Below are positions 31,622 through 40,862 of a stretch of DNA of 54,843 bases, in pieces. Source of the DNA: Bacteroidota bacterium. GTDB lineage: Bacteria; Bacteroidota; Bacteroidia; Flavobacteriales_D; Crocinitomicaceae. The stretch is taken from the NCBI GenBank assembly GCA_006227105.1, contig SBFR01000200.1:1-54843 (forward strand), read 5' to 3'. The position numbers and the translations under genes are program-made. The notes under the pieces are model-generated. The model saw nothing but the letters and a program-made list of their open reading frames with translations. It did no database searches and had not been told where the DNA came from. Position 1 is the stretch's first letter. Each line of letters opens with the position of its first letter.

Positions 31622-33211
31622 TTACTCTCTAACAATAATAAGGTCGTTCTCGAAGGCATCTATCATTGACTTGATCTGATCGATCTTCTCAGAAACATTT
31701 CCATTTGGAGTCAAATTAAAAAAATTGAGATTTCGCTCCTGCAATTCACCTGACGGGAAGAGTTTATGCTTTATCTGATCGATCGACAACATCGCAGAGT
31801 CGTGCTTCTGCTTCATGTTTTTCATCAACTTTTCACGAATACCTTGAATTTGCTTTTGCATTCGAACAGTCTCGCCAGTCACATATCCTTCTAGAGAAGC
31901 ATCAATTTCAACAACTTTGTTCTTTAAGGCATCGATCAATTGTTCAGATAAATTTTCTATCTCAGAAAGATCAAGACCGTCTTTTTCATTTTCTTCGATG
32001 TACTCTCTTTTGATCTGATCTATATCCAAAAACACATCTTCAATATGAAGATCATATTTCATCATTTTCTTTGAGGTAGACTGATCGATCCAAAGCAAAG
32101 AATTCCTAACCTGAATCAGCGGATATGGCACATCATAAGCTTCAAATACTCCTTTGATTTGAAGCCAGTAACTCAATTCACCCACCCCACCAACATAACA
32201 CACATTCGGCAAAATGAATTCCTGATAAACCGGTCGCATTAATGCATTAGGAGAGAACTGCTCAGGTCTTTCAGCGATCAAATCTTTAACTTCTTTTAGA
32301 TCAGCTTCTCCAACCCCCTCAATGTAAAATCCTTTATCTGTATGTATAACCCTTGCTCTATTCGCGTTAAACAATGTGAACATGTTAATCTCTCTACTAT
32401 GAGCCTGGATCTTTAATCCTTCATGCCCAAGAAGGTGATTGGTCTTTTCAATTTCTCGATGAGAAATCCCTGATTCAATTTCCTTTTCAATAATACTGGA
32501 AAAAGAAGATTTAAATGATCCATTATCGCCGTCAAGAACAATCAATCCATATTTTCCAAAAAGCCGGTTGATCAATTGAAAAGTAGATTCCCCTATGGTT
32601 TTACCAACACTGTACGCTTCGATTATTCCTTCTATTTCTTCCTTGCTTTCACTCCTGAAAAATTCTGAGAACTGATTTATTACTGGAGTCAGAATTTCTG
32701 ATGAGATCCTTCCTACCGAATCATTTCCGTTATACTCGAGTTTCAATTCTTTCCCAAAAAGTTCAATAGACGAAATCTCATCGAAATCATGATCTTCAGA
32801 TGCTAACCAAAACACTGGAACATATGAATGTTCCTCGTCAGAGGCATTCATTTTTTCACATAAATCAACAACATGAAGTATTTTGTAGATATAGTAAAGT
32901 GGACCTGTAAACAATGACAACTGATGTCCTGTCGTTATTGTGACTGTGTTATGACCTTCGAGTCTTTTTAAATTTTCATCTTGTTCTTTGGTTAATGAGA
33001 CAGATGAATAGCTCTTCCTTAATTCCTGAACTAGAAGTGATCTTACTTCCTGAGAATACCAGTCACTCTTCCTGTCTGCCTGTTTGATCAAATTCTCTTT
33101 TGAAAAAGGCAAGTCTATAAATGTTAGCAGCTCTTCCTGACTGCAGATCAGCTTTCTTTGCTGCTCATTAAATGCACCGGTGAATGACCGATCTAAAGTA
33201 AATCGTTGCAT
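31622..33211 (-). CDS. bshC: Bacillithiol biosynthesis cysteine-adding enzyme
   Basis: TTGHQLSLFTGPLYYIYK, PVFWLASEDHDFDEI, FSPNALMRP, YVGGVGELSYWLQ, LQERNLNF. Confidence 0.93.
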   Translation of the reverse strand: MQRFTLDRSFTGAFNEQQRKLICSQEELLTFIDLPFSKENLIKQADRKSDWYSQEVRSLLVQELRKSYSSVSLTKEQDENLKRLEGHNTVTITTGHQLSLFTGPLYYIYKILHVVDLCEKMNASDEEHSYVPVFWLASEDHDFDEISSIELFGKELKLEYNGNDSVGRISSEILTPVINQFSEFFRSESKEEIEGIIEAYSVGKTIGESTFQLINRLFGKYGLIVLDGDNGSFKSSFSSIIEKEIESGISHREIEKTNHLLGHEGLKIQAHSREINMFTLFNANRARVIHTDKGFYIEGVGEADLKEVKDLIAERPEQFSPNALMRPVYQEFILPNVCYVGGVGELSYWLQIKGVFEAYDVPYPLIQVRNSLLWIDQSTSKKMMKYDLHIEDVFLDIDQIKREYIEENEKDGLDLSEIENLSEQLIDALKNKVVEIDASLEGYVTGETVRMQKQIQGIREKLMKNMKQKHDSAMLSIDQIKHKLFPSGELQERNLNFFNLTPNGNVSEKIDQIKSMIDAFENDLIIVRE

Positions 33212-33260
33212 TCTGTAAAGTTAGAAAGAATGACTTATCACACTTATGCTTTTCTCTGTT

Positions 33261-33268
33261 TATCTTTG
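33261..33268 (+). promoter_or_regulatory. -7 promoter box TATCTTTG
   Basis: Exact TAnnTTTG, 17 nt before ATG 33286. Confidence 0.6.
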
Positions 33269-33285
33269 CAGGAAATATTATTTCA

Positions 33286-33738
33286 ATGGAAGCAGTAATA
33301 AAAACAAATAAAGGAGAAATGAAAGTTCGCTTTTACGAAGAGGACGCTCCAAAAACAGTTGCAAACTTTGTTAAACTTGCGAAAGAAGGGTATTACAACG
33401 GTCTTAAATGGCATAGAGTCATTCCAAATTTTGTGATTCAAGGAGGTTGTCCGAATTCAAGAGACGGTGCATCAGGAATGCCTGGTACAGGTGGACCAGG
33501 ATATCAGATCGATTGTGAATTGACCGGTGGTAACCAATTTCATGACAGAGGTGTACTTTCAATGGCTCATGCAGGAAGAAACACGGGAGGATCTCAATTC
33601 TTTGTTTGCCATTCAAGAGACAATACTGCACATTTAGACAGAAATCACACGTGCTTTGGCATCGTGTATGAAGGTCTTGATGTTATTGACGATATCAGAC
33701 AAGGAGATTCGATCGACGAAATCCAAATTATTGAATAA
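33286..33738 (+). CDS. Cyclophilin-type peptidyl-prolyl isomerase
   Basis: APKTVANF, HRVIPNFVIQGG, LSMAHAGRNTGGSQFF, HLD. Confidence 0.95.
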   Translation: MEAVIKTNKGEMKVRFYEEDAPKTVANFVKLAKEGYYNGLKWHRVIPNFVIQGGCPNSRDGASGMPGTGGPGYQIDCELTGGNQFHDRGVLSMAHAGRNTGGSQFFVCHSRDNTAHLDRNHTCFGIVYEGLDVIDDIRQGDSIDEIQIIE

Positions 33739-33740
33739 AT

Positions 33741-33774
33741 AAAAAAGGCCTCCAATGGAGGCCTTTCTTTTTTT
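33741..33774. terminator. Bidirectional intrinsic terminator
   Basis: A6-GGCCTCC-aat-GGAGGCC-TTTCTTTTTTT between convergent genes. Confidence 0.85.
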
Positions 33775-33786
33775 GTCTGAGCTCAA

Positions 33787-34098
33787 TTACTTAGAACCTT
33801 CAACATATTTTTTATGTGTCTCATTAAGATCAGGACACTTTTCTGCAATTGATTTACCCATTTGATCATCAAATGGATCAACATCTCCTGCTACCTCAAG
33901 GGCACAAAGAGAATAATCAAGGTCAGTCATGTCAATGTTAAAGTCTGATTCTGCAGCAGCAGCTTCGTTCTCAGCAGTCTTCTTACTCATACAATCACAG
34001 ATCTTTTGAGCAGCTGTGTCGTATTCAGCCTTTCCAGGCCCACCGCATGAAGTAAGAATAATTCCAAGAGCAGCTAAGGTTAAGATTTTTGTTTTCAT
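33787..34098 (-). CDS. Small Cys-containing hypothetical lipoprotein
   Basis: Lipobox LTSC, then CDC...C...C. Confidence 0.75.
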   Translation of the reverse strand: MKTKILTLAALGIILTSCGGPGKAEYDTAAQKICDCMSKKTAENEAAAAESDFNIDMTDLDYSLCALEVAGDVDPFDDQMGKSIAEKCPDLNETHKKYVEGSK

Positions 34099-34207
34099 GT
34101 GTTAATTGATTTTTGACTAATATAACGAAAGTTTTAGGAAAATCAAGTCAAGTTTCTAAATTGATTATTAATCAACAACCTTACTATAAGTTGTTTAATT
34201 TTACAAC

Positions 34208-35464
34208 ATGAAATCAAGGTTGACCATACTATTCTCACTCTTCATTTTCGCTTCTCCACTGTATGCCAAAGTCAGATTTGTCAGAGCTGTAATGAGCGGA
34301 AACACCTCGGAATCAGTGACAATTATCTGGGATCAAATAAGTGGATCGGCACCTGAATTGCTTTTCGACACTATCTATCCTACAGACTTTAATTTCTCCT
34401 TTCATCGACCGGTTACTGTAAGTAATCACTCCAAAGGAATGCACAATAACATTGTACGACTCGAAGGATTAAAACCATCGACCACATACTTTTTTTGCGT
34501 AAAAGACAATGAGGGATTCTCGCGCATTTACCATGTATCGACCTGTTCTGATTCGGAAAATGAAACATTTTCTTTCATTGCTGGTGGTGACTCCAGAGAC
34601 CGAAGGGAAACTCGTGTAAAAGCAAACAAAATGGTCGCAAAGATCAAACCTCATGCGGTTCTTTTCAACGGCGATTTCATTGGTATCGATATTGAAAAGC
34701 AATGGATCGATTGGTTCGAAGACTGGGAAAACAGTATTGGAAAAGATGGTAGAGTCACACCTTTGGTTGTAACAAGAGGAAACCATGAACTTTCAAACAA
34801 AGTGCTCGTCGACCTTTTTGACGTGCCGCACAAAAACATCTATTACAGCACTTATTTTGGAGGAAAACTACTCCATCTGGTTTCGCTCAATTCTGAAATT
34901 CTAAAGATCGGTGGTCAGAAAAGATTTTTACGTTCTGCTTTGAAAGAAAATGAAGATAAATACTGGCAGATCGCTCAATACCACAGACCAGTCAGGCCAC
35001 ATGTTGCCCATAAGAAAGAAATGGAAACGCAATACAGGAATTTCGTCCCCCTATTTGAAAAATACCCAAATCTGAAACTTTGCCTGGAAAACGATTCTCA
35101 CACTTGCAAAACCACCTGGCCCATATTAAAAGATAATGGTCCTGGTAGCGAAGAAGGTTTCAAAAGAAATGATTCCATTGGTATCACTTACGTTGGAGAA
35201 GGCTGCTGGGGAGCACCTTTACGAGCAGCTGACGATCCCAAGTGCTGGACGAGAAATTCTGAAGCGATCAATCAAGTCAACTGGATCTTAGTGTCAAAAG
35301 ATATGATCAGGGTGATGACCATTAAATATGAAAATGTAGATGAAGTTGCTGAGGTTGATCTAAGCAATAGAACTGAACTTCCAGAAGGTATCGACCTATG
35401 GACCCCTTCAAACGGCGCGTTTGTAGACATCTACCCTTCTACTATTGTGAAATCAAGGAAATAG
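34208..35464 (+). CDS. Purple acid phosphatase-like metallophosphoesterase with N-terminal FN3-like domain
   Basis: LEGLKPSTTY FN3 strand, GGDSR, FNGDF, RGNHE, YHRP, DSH metal-ligand motifs. Confidence 0.85.
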   Translation: MKSRLTILFSLFIFASPLYAKVRFVRAVMSGNTSESVTIIWDQISGSAPELLFDTIYPTDFNFSFHRPVTVSNHSKGMHNNIVRLEGLKPSTTYFFCVKDNEGFSRIYHVSTCSDSENETFSFIAGGDSRDRRETRVKANKMVAKIKPHAVLFNGDFIGIDIEKQWIDWFEDWENSIGKDGRVTPLVVTRGNHELSNKVLVDLFDVPHKNIYYSTYFGGKLLHLVSLNSEILKIGGQKRFLRSALKENEDKYWQIAQYHRPVRPHVAHKKEMETQYRNFVPLFEKYPNLKLCLENDSHTCKTTWPILKDNGPGSEEGFKRNDSIGITYVGEGCWGAPLRAADDPKCWTRNSEAINQVNWILVSKDMIRVMTIKYENVDEVAEVDLSNRTELPEGIDLWTPSNGAFVDIYPSTIVKSRK

Positions 35465-35505
35465 AAGAGTTTTCAACAAAACAAAGTCTTTGACAATTTT
35501 CGAAT

Positions 35506-35513
35506 TATATTTG
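35506..35513 (+). promoter_or_regulatory. -7 promoter box TATATTTG for dnaX
   Basis: Exact TAnnTTTG, 5 nt before ATG 35519. Confidence 0.6.
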
Positions 35514-35518
35514 TTGTC

Positions 35519-36634
35519 ATGAGTGATTTCGTTGTTTCAGCGCGTAAATATAGGCCTCAAACCTTCGATACTGTCGTGGGCCAGAGTTCGATCACGAACA
35601 CTCTTAAAAGTGCGATCAAGAATGATCATTTGGCTCAGGCTTTTTTGTTCTGTGGTTCAAGAGGTGTTGGAAAAACGACTACTGCTCGTATTCTAGCAAA
35701 AACATTGAATTGCTTCAATCGGACTGAAAACATTGAAGCTTGTGATCAGTGCGATTCTTGCCAGTCCTTCAATACAGGAAATTCTCTAAATGTCTATGAG
35801 CTCGATGCAGCTTCGAATAACTCAGTAGAGGACATTCGAAACTTGATCGATCAGGTGCGCATTGCCCCTCAATTGGGCGACTATAAAGTGTACATCATCG
35901 ACGAGGTTCACATGTTATCAAATTCTGCGTTTAACGCATTTTTGAAAACACTTGAAGAACCACCAAAGCATGCGATCTTTATTCTTGCAACCACAGAAAA
36001 GCATAAGATCATTCCAACGATCCTATCAAGATGTCAGATCTTTGATTTCAACAGGATTAAAGTAAAGGATATCGCTGATCATCTTGCTGGTATTGCTACC
36101 AAAGAAGGGATCAATGCTGACCCTGAAGCCTTGCATCTAATCGCCCAGAAAGCAGATGGTGCATTGAGAGATGCATTGTCTATTTTTGACCAGATCGTCA
36201 CGTTCACTGGAAATGAATTAACGTATAAAAGTGTCATCGAAAATCTGAACATTCTGGATTATGATTATTATTTCAGAATTGTTGAGAGTGCACAAAAAGA
36301 AGACATTCCTTCTTCGTTGCTATTATTGAACGATATCGTTGAAAAAGGATTCGATCTTCATCATTTCATTGTTGGATTGTCCGAGCACTACAGAAATCTT
36401 TTAGTTTGCAAAGACATGAGAACTGCTTCCCTTCTTGAGGTTGGCGAATCAGTTGAACAGCGTTATATAGACCAGGCAAAAGGAATTGATTCACCTGTCA
36501 TATTGAGATCTTTAGCAATCATCAGCAAAGGAGACGTTGAATTTAAAGCATCTAAAAATCAACGATTACTCGTTGAACTTGTTCTGATGCAGCTCTGTTC
36601 ACTTCAACAGGAGCAAGAAAAAAAAAACGACTGA
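35519..36634 (+). CDS. dnaX: DNA polymerase III gamma/tau, zero-frame product (gamma-length)
   Basis: ARKYRP, GSRGVGKTT, zinc-binding Cys, ELDAASN, IIDEVH, SRC; stops two codons after an A10 run. Confidence 0.96.
   Translation: MSDFVVSARKYRPQTFDTVVGQSSITNTLKSAIKNDHLAQAFLFCGSRGVGKTTTARILAKTLNCFNRTENIEACDQCDSCQSFNTGNSLNVYELDAASNNSVEDIRNLIDQVRIAPQLGDYKVYIIDEVHMLSNSAFNAFLKTLEEPPKHAIFILATTEKHKIIPTILSRCQIFDFNRIKVKDIADHLAGIATKEGINADPEALHLIAQKADGALRDALSIFDQIVTFTGNELTYKSVIENLNILDYDYYFRIVESAQKEDIPSSLLLLNDIVEKGFDLHHFIVGLSEHYRNLLVCKDMRTASLLEVGESVEQRYIDQAKGIDSPVILRSLAIISKGDVEFKASKNQRLLVELVLMQLCSLQQEQEKKND
36618..36627 (+). other. A10 slippage/frameshift site in dnaX
   Basis: GAA AAA AAA AAC GAC TGA in the zero frame; the -1 frame is open from 36577 to 37251. 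Confidence 0.75.
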
Positions 36635-37251
36635 CGGATAGGCCTGCGTTAATTCCATTTGCCAATCAGAACTTAAGAGAGAAAGTATCCAATCCGAAGG
36701 AAATCAAGCCTTCTGCGGTCCCACTTCAAAAGATCGACTTTCAGAAAGACAGTATCAAGGAACGAAAAACCCTTACAGAACCAACTGGGAATCAAAATCC
36801 TTTTACACTTTCCATAAAGAAGCTCATAGAGAAGGAGGAAGAATTGATCGCGTCTGGAGATATTTCCAAATTACCAAGGGAAGCGTATGAAATTGACCAG
36901 GTAAAGATGCTGTGGCGAAAATTTGCTTTCCTGATGAAGGACCAGGGCATGGAAACTTTTTACAATGCCATGATTCGCAGGGAGCCTCAAGATCTGGGTA
37001 ATCATACCTTCCAATTGACTGTAGACAATCAGATCCAGGTTGATTACATCGGTTCCCATCTTCAGGAAATGACTGCTTACTTCAGAAAACATTTGAACAA
37101 CTATGCGTTTTCGATCCAACTTTCTGTGACTGATAAACCGGAGGAGGAATTAAAATTTCTTACTGGAAAGGATAAATTTGCCGCACTCGCAAGAAAGAAT
37201 CCGAATCTTCATACGTTGAAGACGATGTTTAATTTGGATATTGAGTTTTAA
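36619..37251 (+). CDS. dnaX: Tau-specific C-terminal extension of DnaX in the -1 frame
   Basis: -1 frame reads KKKRLTDRPALIPF... without a stop into the track ORF 36844-37251, which ends KDKFAALARKNPNLHTLKTMFNLDIEF, resembling Bacteroidota tau C-termini. Confidence 0.8.
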   Translation, partial: KKKRLTDRPALIPFANQNLREKVSNPKEIKPSAVPLQKIDFQKDSIKERKTLTEPTGNQNPFTLSIKKLIEKEEELIASGDISKLPREAYEIDQVKMLWRKFAFLMKDQGMETFYNAMIRREPQDLGNHTFQLTVDNQIQVDYIGSHLQEMTAYFRKHLNNYAFSIQLSVTDKPEEELKFLTGKDKFAALARKNPNLHTLKTMFNLDIEF

Positions 37252-39320
37252 AACGAGATCCTTAGCTGAACGGTAATATCACTCTTTACGGAACCCTTAA
37301 TCTCTTCGGCACCGGAACCTATTGACGTTCGATTGGCATAGATAAAGTTTCCATACCTTACCCAAAGATCGAATTTTCGTAAGAAGGAATATCTGACAAG
37401 CACATATGCCCTACTTCCTCGGTAATAATATGCAGGAACAGCAAAGGTATACAAGGCATTATTTTCATAAGTATAGATCCTGGTGTCATAACTATCCGTA
37501 TCAAATAAGGCATACCGAAGAGATACATCAAGCGGAAAACTTTTGGGTTTAAACAATACGTCTTGAGTAAAGATCATCCCACTTTCTTTTTCATTACTGA
37601 GGCGGTCTATCGTCACATACTCTATCCTACTTTTAATCGTAATAAATTCTGAAACAGCGTACGATAGATTTATTCGATAATTTCTTTGTTGAACATCTTC
37701 TATTGGAGTGATATCAAATTCATTTCGACTATTTTTTTGTCTTAGTTGCTGTCGATAACGTCCGTAGATCTCTAATTGTTTGTTCGGCTTATAGGTTGGT
37801 TGGATCATGATCTCATGTCCCGCTGAGGGTGCATCGACCTGATACTTCATCCATGGAAAAGAAAAAACATCTGCATAAGCATTGATAGACCATGAGCTAT
37901 TCAGCTTTAATTTGGTTCCAAAGTAGATCCCTTTTTCATTCTGGGTCTGACTTCCCTCGGCAAATCCGGCATTATAAAATGTTTGATACGCCCTGTCGTA
38001 ATTGCGATAGACCAAGGCAAACGAAGCTCTCGAATCCATTGAAAACAGAACACCGTGCAAATGAGCCCAAACTTTATTGTACGTCGAAAAAGATGATTCT
38101 CCGAAGAAATTAAAATTGCGTTTAACCAAATTATAATCACCTGATATTGACATCATTTGATCCCCTCTAAAATCAAATTGATTGTATGGTAAAGTGTCTC
38201 GACTCAACACTTTATCATATCCTTGATAGACTGCCGCTACTCCAGCCGAAAAGGCACGTTTACGAAATTTCAAATTTCCGCCTCCGATATATTCAGTCAA
38301 AGTGTTTTTTCGGCTGATCTCACTATTTGTTCTATGTAATCCTGAAAGATTGATCGAGCTAATGAATTCCAGATCATCCAATATGGAGTCCTGTACAGCA
38401 CTACCATCCAGTTTTTTCATACTTCCAAAGGTTAAAAGTGACCAACTTTTATATCCTGTTTCGACAGCAGCTCCTCTCATGAATCGAGCCTCATCAACCG
38501 ATGTATATGGACGTAATGGTTGAGCTGTTTTTTTTACATTAGTCACATCAGCAGTTTTCCCGAAAGCATATCCGCTCCAAAAATTAACTCCCTGACCAAT
38601 TTGCACCTGATAATCCCCCAAAGCCACGGCTCTTACATATTTACCCCCTTTAAAGAAAGCGTGAGCTGAGTAAAAGTCAAAGCCATTTTTATTTGCTCCT
38701 TTGAAGAAGGTCTCACCGGGATCTTTCTCAGCAGTCAGACCAATCGAAATATTCGTTTTGTAGGAATATCTTAATCTAGAATAATATCGATCGGCATTCC
38801 CGTAATAAAATGAATTGCTTGATTGCAATATACTGTCAGGAACATTTGAGTAACCATTCTTTTCTTGTGGTGTAGTCTGGTATCGAAGGAACCATTCGAA
38901 TTTTCCTTCTTTCATAGCTTCTTTGAAAGTAATATGAATATTATCCAGTTTATCATCCACTTTCACAAATGGCATAACCAGCCTGATCGTTTCAAGATCC
39001 CAATATTTTAGAGACTGAAGCTCATATACCGAAATCAGCTTTCCATAAAGTTTTATGTGCAACAACAGATCATAGATTTGAACATCAGTTAAAAGATTCA
39101 ATTCTTCCAATTGATCAAATTGAGCATTATTCAAATTGATCTTATTGTCAAAATAGTAGTTGAGCTGTTCGATCACATTTGTGAGATCAATATCTTCCGA
39201 TTCAAGCTGTTCAGAAATAAACTCTATTCTTTGTTGAATGATCTCCGACCTCTCCTGCCCAAACAATGAAACTGAAGTAACAAGATACACTGTAAATGCT
39301 ATGTGGATCCTCCAAATCAA
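37248..39320 (-). CDS. Helix-hairpin-helix (ComEA-like) domain protein with probable C-terminal beta-barrel
   Basis: KINLNNAQFDQLEELNLL...YGKLISVYELQ HhH-like region, AEKDPGE motif, amphipathic strands, terminal Phe (VQLRISF); TTG start overlapping the upstream stop. Confidence 0.78.
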   Translation of the reverse strand: MIWRIHIAFTVYLVTSVSLFGQERSEIIQQRIEFISEQLESEDIDLTNVIEQLNYYFDNKINLNNAQFDQLEELNLLTDVQIYDLLLHIKLYGKLISVYELQSLKYWDLETIRLVMPFVKVDDKLDNIHITFKEAMKEGKFEWFLRYQTTPQEKNGYSNVPDSILQSSNSFYYGNADRYYSRLRYSYKTNISIGLTAEKDPGETFFKGANKNGFDFYSAHAFFKGGKYVRAVALGDYQVQIGQGVNFWSGYAFGKTADVTNVKKTAQPLRPYTSVDEARFMRGAAVETGYKSWSLLTFGSMKKLDGSAVQDSILDDLEFISSINLSGLHRTNSEISRKNTLTEYIGGGNLKFRKRAFSAGVAAVYQGYDKVLSRDTLPYNQFDFRGDQMMSISGDYNLVKRNFNFFGESSFSTYNKVWAHLHGVLFSMDSRASFALVYRNYDRAYQTFYNAGFAEGSQTQNEKGIYFGTKLKLNSSWSINAYADVFSFPWMKYQVDAPSAGHEIMIQPTYKPNKQLEIYGRYRQQLRQKNSRNEFDITPIEDVQQRNYRINLSYAVSEFITIKSRIEYVTIDRLSNEKESGMIFTQDVLFKPKSFPLDVSLRYALFDTDSYDTRIYTYENNALYTFAVPAYYYRGSRAYVLVRYSFLRKFDLWVRYGNFIYANRTSIGSGAEEIKGSVKSDITVQLRISF

Positions 39321-40129
39321 TTCTCAGGAGAATAGGTCAAAGAAAAATGAGGTGACCACCCCAATTGTTGATGATATGCACTTCCCAGATCAAGCTGGAT
39401 CATTTTCCATTTATAACCGAAGCCAAAAGAAATTTCAATCGGATTCGTAGCAAAACCTGCTCTTACATAAAATTTTCTCAAGGCCTCATATTCCATACCC
39501 GCTTTGGCCCTTAGCGCATAATCGAGATCTTTCTCTGCTTCTGCAACAAAGAGTAGTTTATCTGATACCTTATATCTCGTCCCCAATCGCATTAAAGCTG
39601 TAAACCTGTCATTTTGATAAGACGATAGTTTGGATCGTCCAACATTAAAAGCACTGAATCCCAGTGACCATTTATCTGTGAGCTCTGCCATTATGCCTAC
39701 TTCGGCTGTAACCGCATTTTTTGAACCGTAAGCCTCAGTTAAACGTAACCCTTGATAGCTTAGCTGAACACCCATCGAAAGTTTTTCTGACAATAACATG
39801 GAATATCCTACTCCTGCCCTTGTTGATCTGTAAAGTTGATATCCATAAAATTGCCCACCAACGGATATTACTCCCTTCTTTAGCGGAATGGCCACAACCA
39901 TACTTTGTGACTGCAATTCTTTTAATAGAAATCTGTTTTCGTAGGAAATACCTCCTTGAAGGGTGTTTATTTCTGACAATCCAGCTGGATTATGATGAAA
40001 AGCCCAAACATCTGTTAATGCAACGGACGCATTCCCCATTGAGTTTGACCTTGCTCCAACAGGCATCCAGCCTTGGGCAAATCCTGAAAGAGTGCAAAAA
40101 AATAATAGTAGCTGAAAAAGTGTTTTCAT
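39317..40129 (-). CDS. PorV/FadL-like outer-membrane beta-barrel protein
   Basis: Signal peptide, GARSNSMG...NPAGL N-terminal signature, amphipathic beta strands. Confidence 0.72.
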   Translation of the reverse strand: MKTLFQLLLFFCTLSGFAQGWMPVGARSNSMGNASVALTDVWAFHHNPAGLSEINTLQGGISYENRFLLKELQSQSMVVAIPLKKGVISVGGQFYGYQLYRSTRAGVGYSMLLSEKLSMGVQLSYQGLRLTEAYGSKNAVTAEVGIMAELTDKWSLGFSAFNVGRSKLSSYQNDRFTALMRLGTRYKVSDKLLFVAEAEKDLDYALRAKAGMEYEALRKFYVRAGFATNPIEISFGFGYKWKMIQLDLGSAYHQQLGWSPHFSLTYSPEN

Positions 40130-40148
40130 CAACTTAAAGATAGAAAAA

Positions 40149-40610
40149 TCAATTTTCCAATAACAACCTTTTCACGGAAGGCGCAATGGATTTATCAACA
40201 TAATCTGAATAATCCATGTAAAGCCACTGTTGTCCATTGTCAGTGCTGATAGCCACAAATTTAAACGTATCCTTCACTTCAGAACTGAACATATGCTCAA
40301 CGGATTGAGATGTATATAACACATGGATCTCGTCATCACTTTTTTTGATTTGTTCAATACTGGCATCACTGATCGAAAATTCACTTGGGCTCAATTCAAA
40401 CTTTTTTATGAACGAAGAATCCCCCAACGATTTATAATAACGAATGACTTCTGGATGCGTTTTAGAAACATACATAAGAATGGCTCCATTTTGCCGTGCG
40501 GCCAAGTAGCTTTGGGTGCTTTCATTCAATTCGGCCTCCTGTTCACTATTTAATGTACAAGCGAAAAGAAAAACCAAAAGAAATGGGATGAATACAGTTA
40601 CGACTTTCAT
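40149..40610 (-). CDS. Hypothetical lipoprotein
   Basis: Lipobox LFAC; AISTDNGQQW C-terminal motif. Confidence 0.7.
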   Translation of the reverse strand: MKVVTVFIPFLLVFLFACTLNSEQEAELNESTQSYLAARQNGAILMYVSKTHPEVIRYYKSLGDSSFIKKFELSPSEFSISDASIEQIKKSDDEIHVLYTSQSVEHMFSSEVKDTFKFVAISTDNGQQWLYMDYSDYVDKSIAPSVKRLLLEN

Positions 40611-40846
40611 TAGGTATTTTTTGCTTTTTCAAATTCTATTTTACTGATCTCACAAAAAGGAGCTTCGCAACGCAGCATATCCATGATCCTCAATTTTTCA
40701 GGATACTGTACAGCTTTCACTTGATGAATCCACTTTTTTTTCCCTATGAGTTGAACTTCTGTGAATTCTTCATTGTTTATAATTTCATAGTATGCTTTAC
40801 CATTGGAGATCATTCGGTATTGCGGAAAGTCAGTATTTTTATCCAT
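40610..40846 (-). CDS. Small hypothetical protein
   Basis: ATG 40846 (MDKNTDFPQYR...), stop coupled to next start by TAATG; this start avoids overlap with the TPR gene. Confidence 0.6.
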   Translation of the reverse strand: MDKNTDFPQYRMISNGKAYYEIINNEEFTEVQLIGKKKWIHQVKAVQYPEKLRIMDMLRCEAPFCEISKIEFEKAKNT

Positions 40847-40862
40847 ACAAAGCGAAAATAAA

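Noticed and set aside
31622..33211. Isolated bshC as an anomaly
   Set aside because: bsh genes occur in Bacteroidota and are often dispersed; bshA/bshB are probably elsewhere.
36609..36613. AGGAG as a proven internal Shine-Dalgarno frameshift stimulator
   Set aside because: It encodes ordinary Gln-Glu codons, and Bacteroidota ribosomes generally sequester the anti-SD; not supportable alone.
36844..37251. Track ORF as an independent 135-aa gene
   Set aside because: TTG start, and the frame is open back to the dnaX A10 run; better explained as the tau C-terminus.
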